A stretch of DNA of 64,000 nucleotides from Macrostomum lignano. Taxonomy: Eukaryota. Positions 1 through 11,720 of the stretch are shown here, piece by piece; within the stretch, counting starts at the first letter, position 1, and each line of letters begins with the position of its first letter. A model generated the notes under the pieces. The model searched no databases, was not told the DNA's origin, and worked only from the letters and a program-made list of their open reading frames with translations. A program made the translations under genes and the position numbers. Location: assembly GCA_002269645.1 (NCBI GenBank), contig NIVC01000500.1:1-64000 (forward strand), written 5' to 3'.

Positions 1-1247
1 TGAGAATCACCGAATTCAGTCCTGAGAATCACCGAATTTAGTCCTGAGAATCATCCGAATTCAGTCCTGAGAATCACCAAATTCTGTCCTGAGAATCACC
101 GAATTCAGTCCTGAGAATCATCCGAATTCAGTCCTGAGAATCACCCCAATTCGGTTTTGAGAACCGCCCCAATTCAATCTTGAGAATCATTTCAATGCAG
201 TCCTGAGAATTACCCGAATTCAGTCCTGAGAATCACCCCAATTCAGTCCTGAGAATCACCCCAATTCAGTCCTGAGAATCACCGAATTCAGTCCTGAGAA
301 TCACCCCAATTCAGTCCTGAGAATCACCGAATTCAGTCCTGAGAATCACCCCAATTCAGTCCTGAGAATCACCGAATTCAGTCCTGAGAATCATTTCAAT
401 GCAGTCCTGAGAATTACCCGAATTCAGTCCTGAGAATCACCGAATTCAGTCCTGAGAATCACCGAATTCAGTCCTGAGAATCACCGAATTCAGTCCTGAG
501 AATCACCGAATTTAGTCCTGAGAATCATCCGAATTCAGTCCTGAGAATCACCGAATTCAGTCCTGAGAATCACCGAATTCAGTCCTGAGAATCATTTCAA
601 TGCAGTCCTGAGAATCACCCCAATTCAGTCCTGAGAATCACCGAATTCAGTCCTGAGAATCATTTCAATGCAGTCCTGAGAATTACCCGAATTCAGTCCT
701 GAGAATCACCGAATTCAGTCCTGAGAATCACCGAATTCAGTCCTGAGAATCATTTCAATGCAGTCCTGAGAATTACCCGAATTCAGTCCTGAGAATCACC
801 CCAATTCAGTCCTGAGAATCACCGAATTCAGTCCTGAGAATCATTTCAATGCAGTCCTGAGAATTACCCGAATTCAGTCCTGAGAATCACCGAATTCAGT
901 CCTGAGAATCACCGAATTCAGTCCTGAAAATCACCGAATTCAGTCCTGAGAATCATTTCAATGCAGTCCTGAGAATTACCCGAATTTAGTCCTGAGAATC
1001 ACCCCAATTCAGTCCTGAGAATCACCGAATTCAGTCCTGAGAATCACCGAATTCAGTCCTGAGAATCACCGAATTCAGTCCTGAGAATCACCGAATTCAG
1101 TCCTGAGAATCACCGAATTCAGTCCTGAGAATCACCGAATTCAGTCCTGAGAATCACCAAAATTCAGTCCTGAGAATCACCAAAATTCAGTCCTGAGAAT
1201 CACCAAAATTCAGTCCTGAGAATCACCCCAATTCAGTCCTGAGAATT
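1..1247. repeat. 22-23 bp minisatellite (TGAGAATCACCGAATTCAGTCC), continues beyond window start
   Basis: Direct tandem units visible, with variants (CATTTCAATG, CCCCAATT); no unique spacers. Confidence 0.95.
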
Positions 1248-1862
1248 CGTAGTTACATCTGTTGCTATGTGCTGGTAACTCTTGGTATTTATCTTTGCAA
1301 AGTTGCTGAAACAAGCTGAACGAATTAGTGCAGCAATAATCTATCGAGTCTGCTCCCATGACGACGTCTCTTATGGTGCATTTTAATATTGCTTTTCACA
1401 GCTTTTCGCTGCATTTGGCTTTTCGTTTAAAACAAAGTCATTTATTTGTTTTTAATTATTTTATTTCAATCTTATTTTGTGACAAGCTTGTTGAGAAAAG
1501 ATTTCTGTTTCTTTTTGGTTTTACTCGCTCGTAATCTAAAGCTCAAATTTTCATTTGATATAAATAAACATTGATGGTGAAGCTGCTGGCCTTTGCTACA
1601 AGCTTCATGGCTCACAAGTCAAGGTGACAAAAAAAATACATCTTTTGATTTTCAATAAAAAATATCGATGTCATTTTTTATACTTTTTCTGATTTAATAC
1701 TGTTGCTTTTATGTGGCCCAAATCGTTCAAAAATCAATGAAAGGGATTAAAAAGGAGATAGTCTTAAATAACTTTTATTAATAATTTTGTTGTGTACTTG
1801 TTTTGAATATTGTTTGCCTTGCTGAAGTTGATGTGTCTTATGGGTGAGTTGGCGTTAAAATA

Positions 1863-2580
1863 CGAGGGGTGTCCCAGAAGTAGTGTCATTTTTGCTTGCT
1901 TCCACAAGTATTAATGTGTGTTAAAAAATCATATGCCCTAAAAGTTAGCGGCTTATTTTAGCTTTCATGCCACGAAAGTCCGATTTTTATAAGTGCTTCC
2001 TGCTGAAACCAGCATGCATTTGTTCGCATACCCTAGCCATAGAAATGCACACCGCATAGTGCTTCTATGCTCACTCAGAAGAAAGCCACAAGCAGAGCTG
2101 ATTAAGCACAGAGTTGCAAGACAGCAGCTGCAAGATCTGTTCCAGTCAAAAAATGCCCTGATATTCACGAAAACCTGACCCGCTTTCACGGACCCGACTC
2201 CCGATGCCATCAGTCGACGAACGGTTTACAGGTGGATCGAACAGTTCGAGGCTGGCCAGCAGTGTGTTGCCAACTTACCCAAAATTTAGGGTCCATGACT
2301 GGAACAGATCTTGCAGCTGCTGTCTTGCAACTCTGTGCTTGATCAGCTCTACTTGTGGCTTTCTTCTGAGTGAGCATGAAGCACTATGCTGTGTGTATTT
2401 CTATAGCCAAGGGTATGTGAATTAATGCATGCTGCTTGCAGCAGGAAGCACTTATAAAAATCGGACTTTCGTGGCATGAAAGCTAAAATAAGCCGCTAAC
2501 TTTTAGGGCATTTGATTTTTTGTCACACAATAATACTTGTGGAAGCAAGCAAAAGTGACACTACTTCTGGACACCCCTCG
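1863..2580. mobile_element. Mariner-derived fold-back MITE with ~286-bp inverted arms and a transposase HTH remnant in the spacer
   Basis: TA at 1861-62 and 2581-82; ends CGAGGGGTGT...ACACCCCTCG; arms 1863-2148 and 2296-2580 are imperfect reverse complements; spacer translates DIHENLTRFHGP/DAISRRTVYRWIEQFEAG (mariner N-terminal HTH-like). Confidence 0.88.
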
Positions 2581-2761
2581 TATTTTTATTTCTTAAAATA
2601 TCCCTTCTGTCTAGTGGCAAATAGAGCTCTGAGATCGCAATACATAGATCAAAATTATTAGTCCATTCTCCATCGTACATGCTTCGTAAGTTCTGCGTAA
2701 GTTTCAGCGGAGGTAGCTAACAATGACATTTAGCTATAGTCAATTCTCCGGTAATTCCGAG

Positions 2762-3397
2762 GGGTCGCCACCATAAGCTCGAAAAATCACTTCGTCGAAA
2801 GTTTAGCATCCACCATCACAAGCTCGAAAAGTCACATCGTCGAAAAGTTTAGCAACCACCATCACAAGCTCGAAAAGTCACATCGTCGAAAATTTTTACA
2901 ACCACCATCACAAGCTCGAAAAGTCACAATCGAAAAGTTTAGCAACCACCATCACAAACTCGAAAAGTCACAATCGAAAAGTTTAGCAACCACCATCACA
3001 AGCTGGAAAAGTCGCATCGTCGAAAAGAAACCACCATCACAAGCTCGAAAAGTCACATCGTCAAAATTTTTAGCAACCATTAATTACAAGCTCGAAAAGG
3101 GTTAGGGTTAGGGTTGAGCTTGAGCCTTAGGGTTAGATACGCTATAGTGGGTCGCCATCTAAGCTCGAAAAATCACATTGTCGAAACAGGGGCCCCATCA
3201 CAAGATCGAAAAGGCACATCGTCGAAAAGTTAACCCTAACCTGGGCTTTTCGAGCTTGTGATGGTGGATGCTTTTCGACGATGCGACTTTTCGAGCTTAT
3301 GATGGTGTGGATGCTTTTCGACGATGTGACTTTTCCAGCTTGTGATGGTTGCTAAACTTTTCGACGATGTGACTTTTCCAGCTTATGATGGTGACTC
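2762..3397. mobile_element. Non-autonomous TIR element with internal tandem/inverted subrepeats and TTAGGG-like tracts
   Basis: Left end GGGTCGCCACCATAAGCTCGAAAA, right end TTTTCCAGCTTATGATGGTGACTC; flanks ATTCCGAG (2754-61) / TTTCCGAG (3398-3405), a 7/8 match; internal CATCACAAGCTCGAAAAGTCAC repeats forward then reverse; GGGTTAGGGTTAGGGTT near 3098. Confidence 0.7.
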
Positions 3398-3942
3398 TTT
3401 CCGAGGTACGTGGCTAATGAGAGAGCATAGTTAATAGCTAGAGGTCTCTCTGCTCGCTACCACACGCACTAGATTTGGGTGTTGTGTTGATCGATAAATT
3501 CACCGCACTCCTATAGAAGAATGGTCTTGCCTATACGCTTTGCCGCTAAAAACGTTTTTTAACATAGTCGAGAGACCTATCTAGAGAAGCGGATATGTAT
3601 GTATGTCGTGTTGCGTGATTCCTATATAAAATCTGAATAGATCGAAACTGCTCTTACGTAAAACGTAAAGTTGATCAGTCATGGTTTTTATAGTGTATTA
3701 TAGTAGCTTTCTATACATATCGGCGGCAATAAATTGTCTTGGTTACGTCGTGACTTTGAGTAAGTGAATTGAGAGTGAAATGACAGGAGGATGAAAGAAT
3801 CTCTCACCAAAAGTAAAATGTTAATCTGTACTATTAAGAAAAGTTGTTTTCTAAACAAAAGTCAGGGTTATAAGAGCTAATGGAATTGAATCAATCGTAC
3901 AGCAGGGGGGCAAAAGGTCGGTCAAATTAGCGTGGCTGGGTT

Positions 3943-4000
3943 TGCTGCTGCTGCTGCTGCTGCTGATAAGAATTGCTGTTGTTGTTGTTGTTGCTGTTGC
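3943..4000. repeat. (CTG)n/(TTG)n microsatellite
   Basis: Direct inspection. Confidence 0.85.
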
Positions 4001-4764
4001 TTTGGTAACCCAGCCACTCCGGACCGACCCATCAATATTGGCAGACTTTCACCTATATATACCTATCAATTATGATGGCGACATTTCTAACATTCAATAA
4101 CAAATTTAAACTTCAAGTTCAAATAATGCTACTAACAGTAAAAAGTGTTGAGATTGAAGCTTTTCTGCGCTAATACAAAAAACAAAAAACAAGCTTCAAA
4201 TAATTTTTGTGTATGCCACATGATTCTTTAAAATTTTGCGAAATTACTTCAATTTTTTCTGTGTAATATCTATACGGCCAACATCAAAGACTGCACAAAA
4301 TGGAATGAAAAGGTACAATGTTCATAATTTATCAGTTTTCTTGTATAGTTAAAATAATTTAGGGATTGCATACTGTTAGCATGATTTTAATAGCACTCGG
4401 TTTGATAAATAATTAAATTAGGTTGCAAACATGTTAGAATTAAATAATAGTAATGATGTCTTTATTTGATCAGCTATAGTTATGAAGCACGAAAAATAAG
4501 ACTGAATACAGCCGAGCGATCAATATTAAGGAATCACGAATAAGTATAGTAAATTATTTAATTAATAAATAATAAATATTTATGCAAGATGAAAAATTGA
4601 TTTGACAATCTCATGTACACACACAGGTGCGCTAATCTGTTCTAAAATAATAACTTTTTCATTAAATATTATTGTATCTGTTTTTGCGAAATAAAGTGCT
4701 TTGCGAAACAAGTCAATTATCGGTAAGTCATCGGTATGTTCCATCCTTCAATTAACTGCTACTT

Positions 4765-5062
4765 GAATCAATCAACCAATCAACCAACCAACCAATCAAT
4801 TTATCAATCAGTCGATCAATAAATAAATCAACCAGTGAATGAATGGATGAATCAAACAACCAACGAATTCATCGACCAGTCAATCATTCAACCAGTCAAC
4901 CAATCAATCAATCAATCTGAAGGAATGATACTCTACACAATCAATCAATCAATCAACTAGTTAACCAGTCAATCAATCAAATAAACAATAAATGTACGGA
5001 TTGTTTTCTTTATTCATAAAATCAATATCTGGTTAAACAATCAATCGATCAATAAATCAATC
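4765..5062. repeat. Degenerate (AATC)n in WASP 3' region
   Basis: Direct inspection. Confidence 0.75.
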
Positions 5063-6378
5063 GTCCTCCCATTCGTTGTCATCTTCCTCCTCCTCGCTGT
5101 CCGAGTCACCCTGAGCGCCTTTGTTAATGTCGCGCATAGCGGCTTTCAACGCGCTGAGCATGTCTTGCCCGCCGCCATCGCCGGCGCCTCCACCGGCTCC
5201 TCCGGCGCCCCACCAGCAGCTGAACCTCCGCCAGCCGAATCGAACCCTGGCCCACCAGCAGCCTGCTTAGTCTCGGCTGCCGGGCGCAGCTTGTCCTTAT
5301 TGAAGGCGCGAATATCAGACAGGAAATTGCGCTCTCCACCGCCGCCTCCTCCGCCAGACGAGGGTGGAGCAGCCGTCAAGTCAGCGTTTTTCGGCGGCGG
5401 CGCCGGCGGAGGCCCGCCGCCTCCAGAACTCGGTGGCGGCGGCGGCGGCGGAGGCGGCGGCGGAGGCGGAGGTGGCGGCGGTGGTGGCGGCGGCGGAGGT
5501 GGTGGAGCGCCGGAGCCTCCAACGGGGTGGACGGGGTGCGGCTGCTGTGGCGGCACGGTAGGCGCGGGCCTCGGAGCGCTCGGCACAGGCGGCGGCTGCT
5601 GCTGAGGCGGCGGCGGCGGTGGCGGCGGTGGAGCGCCAAGTCTGGACGGTGGCGGCGGAGGCGGCGGCGCTCGACCACCGCCACCGACGGAAGGCACCGG
5701 CGGCGGCGCCCTGGCAACTTGCGGGGCCGCCCGGCTTGGCGGCGGAGGCGGCTGCGGCTGCTGCTGCTGCTGCTGCTTTTGGTTGCCAGGCGCTGGCGCG
5801 TACCCAGTGTCCGTGGCCATTTGCCGGACTTTGTCAATGCCGCCCATATTAGTAATAAACTGTTCCACTTTTCTCGCGCCCTTCTTTGTTTGCATTGTCT
5901 GTTCGAAGTTCTCGCCAATCTGGCCGAATAGAAATTTCAGCACGGGATCGTTAGCGATCTCCACTCGTTGAATATCGCCGCCGCCGTCCGCCTCCGACAG
6001 GGTGTCGTAGCCGACGTGCTGCACGTGTCGGAAATTGGTCGGCGTGCCGATGTCCTCGCGACGGATGCGGCCGCGACCGGCGCCGCCGCCGCCACCTCCT
6101 TTGCGCTTCTCGGCTTTGTCGGATTTTCCAGCCGAGCTTGTCGACTTTTTAGGAGCGGCGCCGGAGGTCAGGGTCTGCGGCTGGCCTGCGCTGTTGCTAA
6201 TCGAAGCCTGCCGACCAATCACGACTGGCGCAGTCTGGACATTCTGCTGGCGGGCCACCGCCGGGGTGGACATCTTGTCCACCTTGGCTTTGAGCACTTC
6301 GTACAGCTCGTGGGCCTCGTCTTGGCCTCGATCGTCGTCGACAAAATTGAAGCCAACAACGCAGTTGTCAGCCTCTAC
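5057..6378 (-). CDS. WASp: WASP exon 2: end of WH1, basic region, CRIB, polyproline, WH2, C/A (apparent 1-bp frameshift near 5208-5211)
   Basis: Acceptor ACGCAG|GTAGAG (VEADNCVVGFNF); CRIB DIGTPTNFRHVQHVG; polyPro; WH2 RNFLSDIRAFNKDKLRP; shifted frame gives QDMLSALKAAMRDINKGAQGDSDSEEEEDDNEWEDD* (stop 5057-59). Confidence 0.93.
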
Positions 6379-6395
6379 CTGCGTTTGTGAAGGAT

Positions 6396-6975
6396 GGAGG
6401 ATCAAGGAGGTTCGAGAGGAGGATCAAGGAGGTTGGAGAGGAGGATCAAGGAGGTTGGAGAGGAGGATCAAGGTTGGAGGAGGATCAAGGAGGTTGGAGA
6501 GGAGGATCAAGGAGGTTGGAGAGGAGGATCAAGGAGGTTGGAGAGGAGGATCAAGGTTCGAGAGGAGGATCAAGGAGGTTGGAGAGGAGGATCAAGGAGG
6601 TTGGAGAGGAGGATCAAGGTTGGAGGAGGATCAAGGAGGTTGGAGAGGAGGATCAAGGAGGTTGGAGAGGAGGATCAAGGAGGTTGGAGAGGAGGATCAA
6701 GGTTAGAGAGGAGGATCAAGGAGGTTGGAGAGGAGGATCAAGGAGGTTGGAGAGGAGGATCAAGGTTGGAGAGGAGGATCAAGGAGGTTGGAGAGGAGGA
6801 TCAATGAGGTTGGAGAGGAGGATCAAGGTTGGAGAGGAGGATCAAGGAGGTTGGAGAGGAGGATCAAGGTTGGAGAGGAGGATCAAGGTTGGAGAGGAGG
6901 ATCAAGGAGGTTGGAGAGGAGGATCAAGGAGGTTGGAGAGGAGGATCAAGGAGGTTGGAGAGGAGGATCAAGGAT
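6396..6975. repeat. Purine-rich minisatellite (GGAGGATCAAGGAGGTTGGAGA) in WASP intron
   Basis: Direct tandem units. Confidence 0.9.
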
Positions 6976-7342
6976 GCTGCAGTGGAGCATCAAGGATGCT
7001 GCAGTGGAGGATCAAGGGTCAGGATGCTGCAGTGGAGGATCAAGGGTCAGGATGCTGCAGTGGAGGATCAAGGGTCAGGATGCTGCAGTGGAGGATCAAG
7101 GGTCAGGATGCTGCAGTGGAGGATCAAGGGTCAGGATGCTGCAGTGGTGGATCAAGGGTCAGGATGCTGCAGTGGAGGATCAAGGGTCAGGATGCTGCAG
7201 TGGAGGATCAAGGGTCAGGATGCTGCAGTGGAGGATCAAGGGTCAGGATGCTGCAGTGGTGGATCAAGGGTCAGGATGCTGCAGTGGAGGATCAAGGGTC
7301 AGGATGCTGCAGTGGAGGATCAAGGGTCAGGATGCTGCAGTG
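6976..7342. repeat. 28-bp minisatellite (GGATCAAGGGTCAGGATGCTGCAGTGGA) in WASP intron
   Basis: Direct tandem units; shares GAGGATCAAGG core with adjacent array. Confidence 0.9.
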
Positions 7343-7417
7343 AAGAAGTCAATAACAATAAGAACAAGGAGCGAAAGCGAACCAATATCAAATGGATAAT
7401 AAAGGTAGTAGACTTAC

Positions 7418-7717
7418 CTGGTGGAAGAATGCATATTTATTGTCATAAGCCATATTTTTGTAGATCTCCTGCTCAAACAGCATCTTTCGCTGTTCGATAT
7501 CGTAGAACCGCAGGAAGAACGAGCGAACATTGGCATCGCGAACAAAGCACAGAATGCCGGTGCCCATGTGGGTCCAACGATTGTTTTCGCCGTAGTATAG
7601 TTGAGCAACTGTAGTTGCCAAGGTGATGCACTTGGGACCAAGCAGACTGAACACTAGGTTGTTCTCATCATTGTCAAGCAGTTCGCTTGGTTTGTTAGTA
7701 GGCACCTGAGCAGGCAT
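7418..7717 (-). CDS. WASp: WASP exon 1: WH1/EVH1 domain
   Basis: ATG at 7717 (the ORF-track start at 7723 is TTG); PSELLDNDENNLVFSLLGPKCITLATTVAQL...ILCFVRD...FEQEIY...FFHQ|GTAAGT donor. Confidence 0.93.
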
Positions 7718-9171
7718 ATTCAAGCCTAGTCAAGTCTCTCGTTTAGCTAGCGTATTGTAATTTTCGTCAAAGTTGCTACTTGGAGCTTAGTCAGCCAGGT
7801 GCAACACAGTAAATATTCTGTCTATTTATAAGAAATGCTCCTATAGGTAGGCTATTGTGCTTCGACAGGTTCGTTCTTTTATTCTATATAATAGCCTGCT
7901 GCTAGCGTATCTTTGCACTGCTTGCAGCTTAGGTAGAGCGTAGTCTAAAGCAAAAATTTGTTAAGCGCTCTCTACAATTTAAACTGAACAGGGGACGCAT
8001 AAACAGCGGAATAGCTCTACGACTTGATAATCTTCGCTTGTTTTCTTGCCTCTCTCCTCTCCCTCTCTTCACGAGTGTACAGCGGAAGGGGGTTGATGAG
8101 AGACAAAATTAGGGCGGGGCACAAATGTACAAATGTACAGGCGGCAGAATCTACACAGCGGGACCAGTGTACACTGATTTAACCACTAACCCCCCTTCCC
8201 CGGGCCTGGGGTTTGCTTTACAGCCAGTAGGCTAGCCCAGTGTGGGTCCACGGTGGATCCACTTGGCTAGCCGTGCGTTTTTGGACTAGTGGAGTGGATT
8301 ACACGGCTAGCCGCGAGCTTTGCGCAGTAAAAAGCCCTACTACTCTCTTGCTGTAGATATATGCCTATTGCTTTTGGACAGGAGACAAGACCGAAGAAAG
8401 ACAGGGCGAAACGAAAGCTTTTGCAACCAGCAAGCCTAGCACTAAGCACAGCGATTATATTAGTGCTTAAAAGAGTTTCAGTTTTTCACCACTTAGCTCA
8501 AAAAATAGGCGTGCAACATGCATGCGTCAATCCCACAGTCCAGTTTTTATTATCTTTGACGCTGAAGTTCACTTATAAACTCTCGACGAAATTTCGGTGA
8601 CTCAAATCTAAATATAGTATTAGCGTCATCTTTGCTCATCTTATCTTATCTTTTGATTAATAGGGCCTAATCTACATTCTAGCTGCTACACTGTTTGACA
8701 GTTCCCACTCAGCCATCATTAATCCAACATTTTAAGATTGGTCCTAATTCGATCATATTCCCTCATCAGAGATTTATCACATTCATATTATAGTGATCCA
8801 ATTTCATACGTTGATCACACATTAATATGTTATACATTCTGAGATTGATCCCCACCCACATTCAGGGGCGTCGCAACCGGGGGGGGGGGTATGTCCCCCA
8901 GTAAAAGCTATGGGGCATGCAATGCTTTATTTGCCCCCCCCCCACTCACCCAACCTTGTGGCCCGGTATGGAAATCAATACTTTTGCTTCAGGGTGACAA
9001 AATATAGGGCCTGCGGCACCGAAATAATCGTGCCTGCGGCGACAAAATGAGCGCTTACAACACCGATTCTGAGAATAATGTACATTATGTACATTATGTA
9101 CAATGTAAATAATGTACATGTACATGAAGAATTCATGGCTCCATAAAATCTATGCATGGCAACTCCCCTGC

Positions 9172-10520
9172 CCACATTCATGTATTGATCCCATATTCAT
9201 GTATTGATCCCATATTTATGCATTGATCCCACATTCATGTATTGATCCCACATTCATGCTTTGATCCCAAATTCATGTATTGATCCCACATTCATGTATT
9301 GATTCCACATTCATGTATTGATCCCACATTCATGTATTGATCCCACATTCTTGTATTGATCCCACATTCATGTATTGATCAAAGATTCATGCATTGATCC
9401 CACATTCATGTATTGATTCCACATTCATGTATTGATCCCACATTCATGTATTGATCCCAAATTCATGTATTGATCCCACATTCATGTATAGATCAAACAT
9501 TCATGTATTGATCCCACATTCATGTATTGATCTCACATTCATGTATTGATCCCAAATTCATGTATTGATCCCACATTCATGTATTGATTCCACATTCATG
9601 TATTGATCCCACATTCATGTATTGATCTCACATTCATGTATTGATCCCACATTCATGTATAGATCAAACATTCATGTATTGATCCCACATTCATGTATTG
9701 ATCTCACATTCATGTATTGATCCCACATTCATGTATTGATCCCACATTCATGTATTGATCCCACATTCATGTATTGATCCCACATTCATGTATTGATCCC
9801 ACATTCATGTATTGATCCCACAGTCATGTATTGATCCCACATTCATGTATTGATCCCACATTCATGTATTGATCCCACATTCATGTATTGATCCCACATT
9901 CATGTATTGATCAAACATTCATGCATTGATCCCACATTCATGTATAGATCAAACATTCATGCATTGATCCCACATTCATGTATTGATCCCACATTCATGT
10001 ATTGATCCCACATTCATGTATTGATCAAACATTCATGTATTGATCCCATATTCATGTATTGATCCCACAGTCATGTATTGATCCCACATTCATGTATTGA
10101 TCCCACATTCATGTATTGATCCCACATTCATGTATTGATCAAAGATTCATGTATTGATCCCACATTCATGTATTGATTCCACATTCATGTATTGATCCCA
10201 CATTCATGTATAGATCAAACATTCATGCATTGATCCCACATTCATGTATTGATCCCACATTCATGTATTGATCCCACATTCATGTATTGATCCCACATTC
10301 ATGTATTGATCCCACATTCATGTATTGATCCCACATTCATGTATTGATCCCACATTCATGTATTGATCCCACATTCATGTATTGATCCCACAGTCATGTA
10401 TTGATCCCACAGTCATGTATTGATCCCACATTCATGTATTGATCCCACATTCATGTATTGATCCCACATTCATGTATTGATCCCACATTCATGTATAGTT
10501 CAAACATTCATGTATTGATC
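9172..10520. repeat. 19-bp satellite (ATTGATCCCACATTCATGT)
   Basis: Highly regular tandem units. Confidence 0.95.
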
Positions 10521-11204
10521 CCTCATCAGAGATTGATCACACATTCATAGACTGATCCCAAACTCAGATACTGATCCCATATTGGGCTGAAACAGATCCT
10601 AACAAGGTTGCTATCCAACTGTTGGTATCAATATTGATTGATTTCCATGATCATGCACTTCTATATTGTGTATTTGTTTTGAGACACAGACGTAATAGTA
10701 ATACATATGATCGGTAGAAAAAATAGCAATAGAAATGTTAACACGCCTGCAGTGATTCAGTTTGCTGTATAAGTACATGCAGAACTTTAAAGAGCATGAC
10801 ACGAGGCACGGGCAGAATCAGAGGGGAAATCAACTTTATCAATAGTACATTGAAATTAGCAAGTTAAAAGCTACAAAAAACAAACAAAATACACATAGAG
10901 ACAAGTAATAGTTATGAATTTATAGCGAGCGAAGCCAAAAAAATAGTGAAAAGCAAACAGCAAACAGAGTTTAGCAGAGCGTTTCGCGTTTGCACAAAGC
11001 AATGCTTGTAATGTCTAGTAACAAATAAATAAATTAGCAATTTACTGCTGAAAGCAGAACCTTTTCAACTTGTATGCCGATTGCGTCATCTTTATTTGTG
11101 GCAGGTTTCTCTGCGGATCAGTAGTGATGTGAAGACTGAAGGCTGAAGACTGAAGGTTCTGAACCGCGTACGTACTGGGGTGAATGGGCGGCTCTCGTGA
11201 TGGT

Positions 11205-11720
11205 AGCTATTGGGCACTGGAAGGACCTTCTTGATGGTAGCTAGGGGCCCCTGGAAGGACCTTCTTGATGGTAGCTAGGGGCCCCTGGAAGGACCTTCTT
11301 GATGGTAGCTAGGGGGCACTGGAAGGACCTTCTTGATGGTAGCTAGGGGGCACTGGAAGGACCTTCTTGATGGTAGCTAGGGGGCACTGGAAGGACCTTC
11401 TTGATGGTAGCTAGGGGGCACTGGAAGGACCTTCTTGATGGTAGCTAGGGGTCACTGGAAGGACCTTGATGGTAGCTAGGGGGCACTGGAAGGACCTTCT
11501 TGATGGTAGCTAGGGGCCCCTGGAAGGAACTTCTTGATGATAGGGGCCACTGGAAGGACCTTCTTGATGGTAGCTAGGGGCCCCTGGAAGGAACTTCTTG
11601 ATGATAGCTAGGGGCCACTGGAAGGACCTTGATGGTAGCCAGGGGTCACTGAATGAACCTCACAATGGTAGCTAGGGGTCACTGAATGAACCCCACGGTG
11701 GTAGCTAGGGGTCACTGATT
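11205..11720. repeat. 34-bp minisatellite (GGAAGGACCTTCTTGATGGTAGCTAGGGGGCACT)
   Basis: Period 34 (11221 to 11255); degenerates toward 11720. Confidence 0.9.

Noticed and set aside
1-1247. Regular ~22-bp repeats as a CRISPR array
   Set aside because: No unique spacers, no cas genes, eukaryotic context.
6387-7614. Long plus-strand ORFs (318, 261, 224 aa) as genes
   Set aside because: Translations of stop-free satellite antisense to the WASP intron.
8863-8970. CAGGGGCGTC-starting G/C-run segment as a hAT MITE
   Set aside because: No matching opposite TIR or TSD found.
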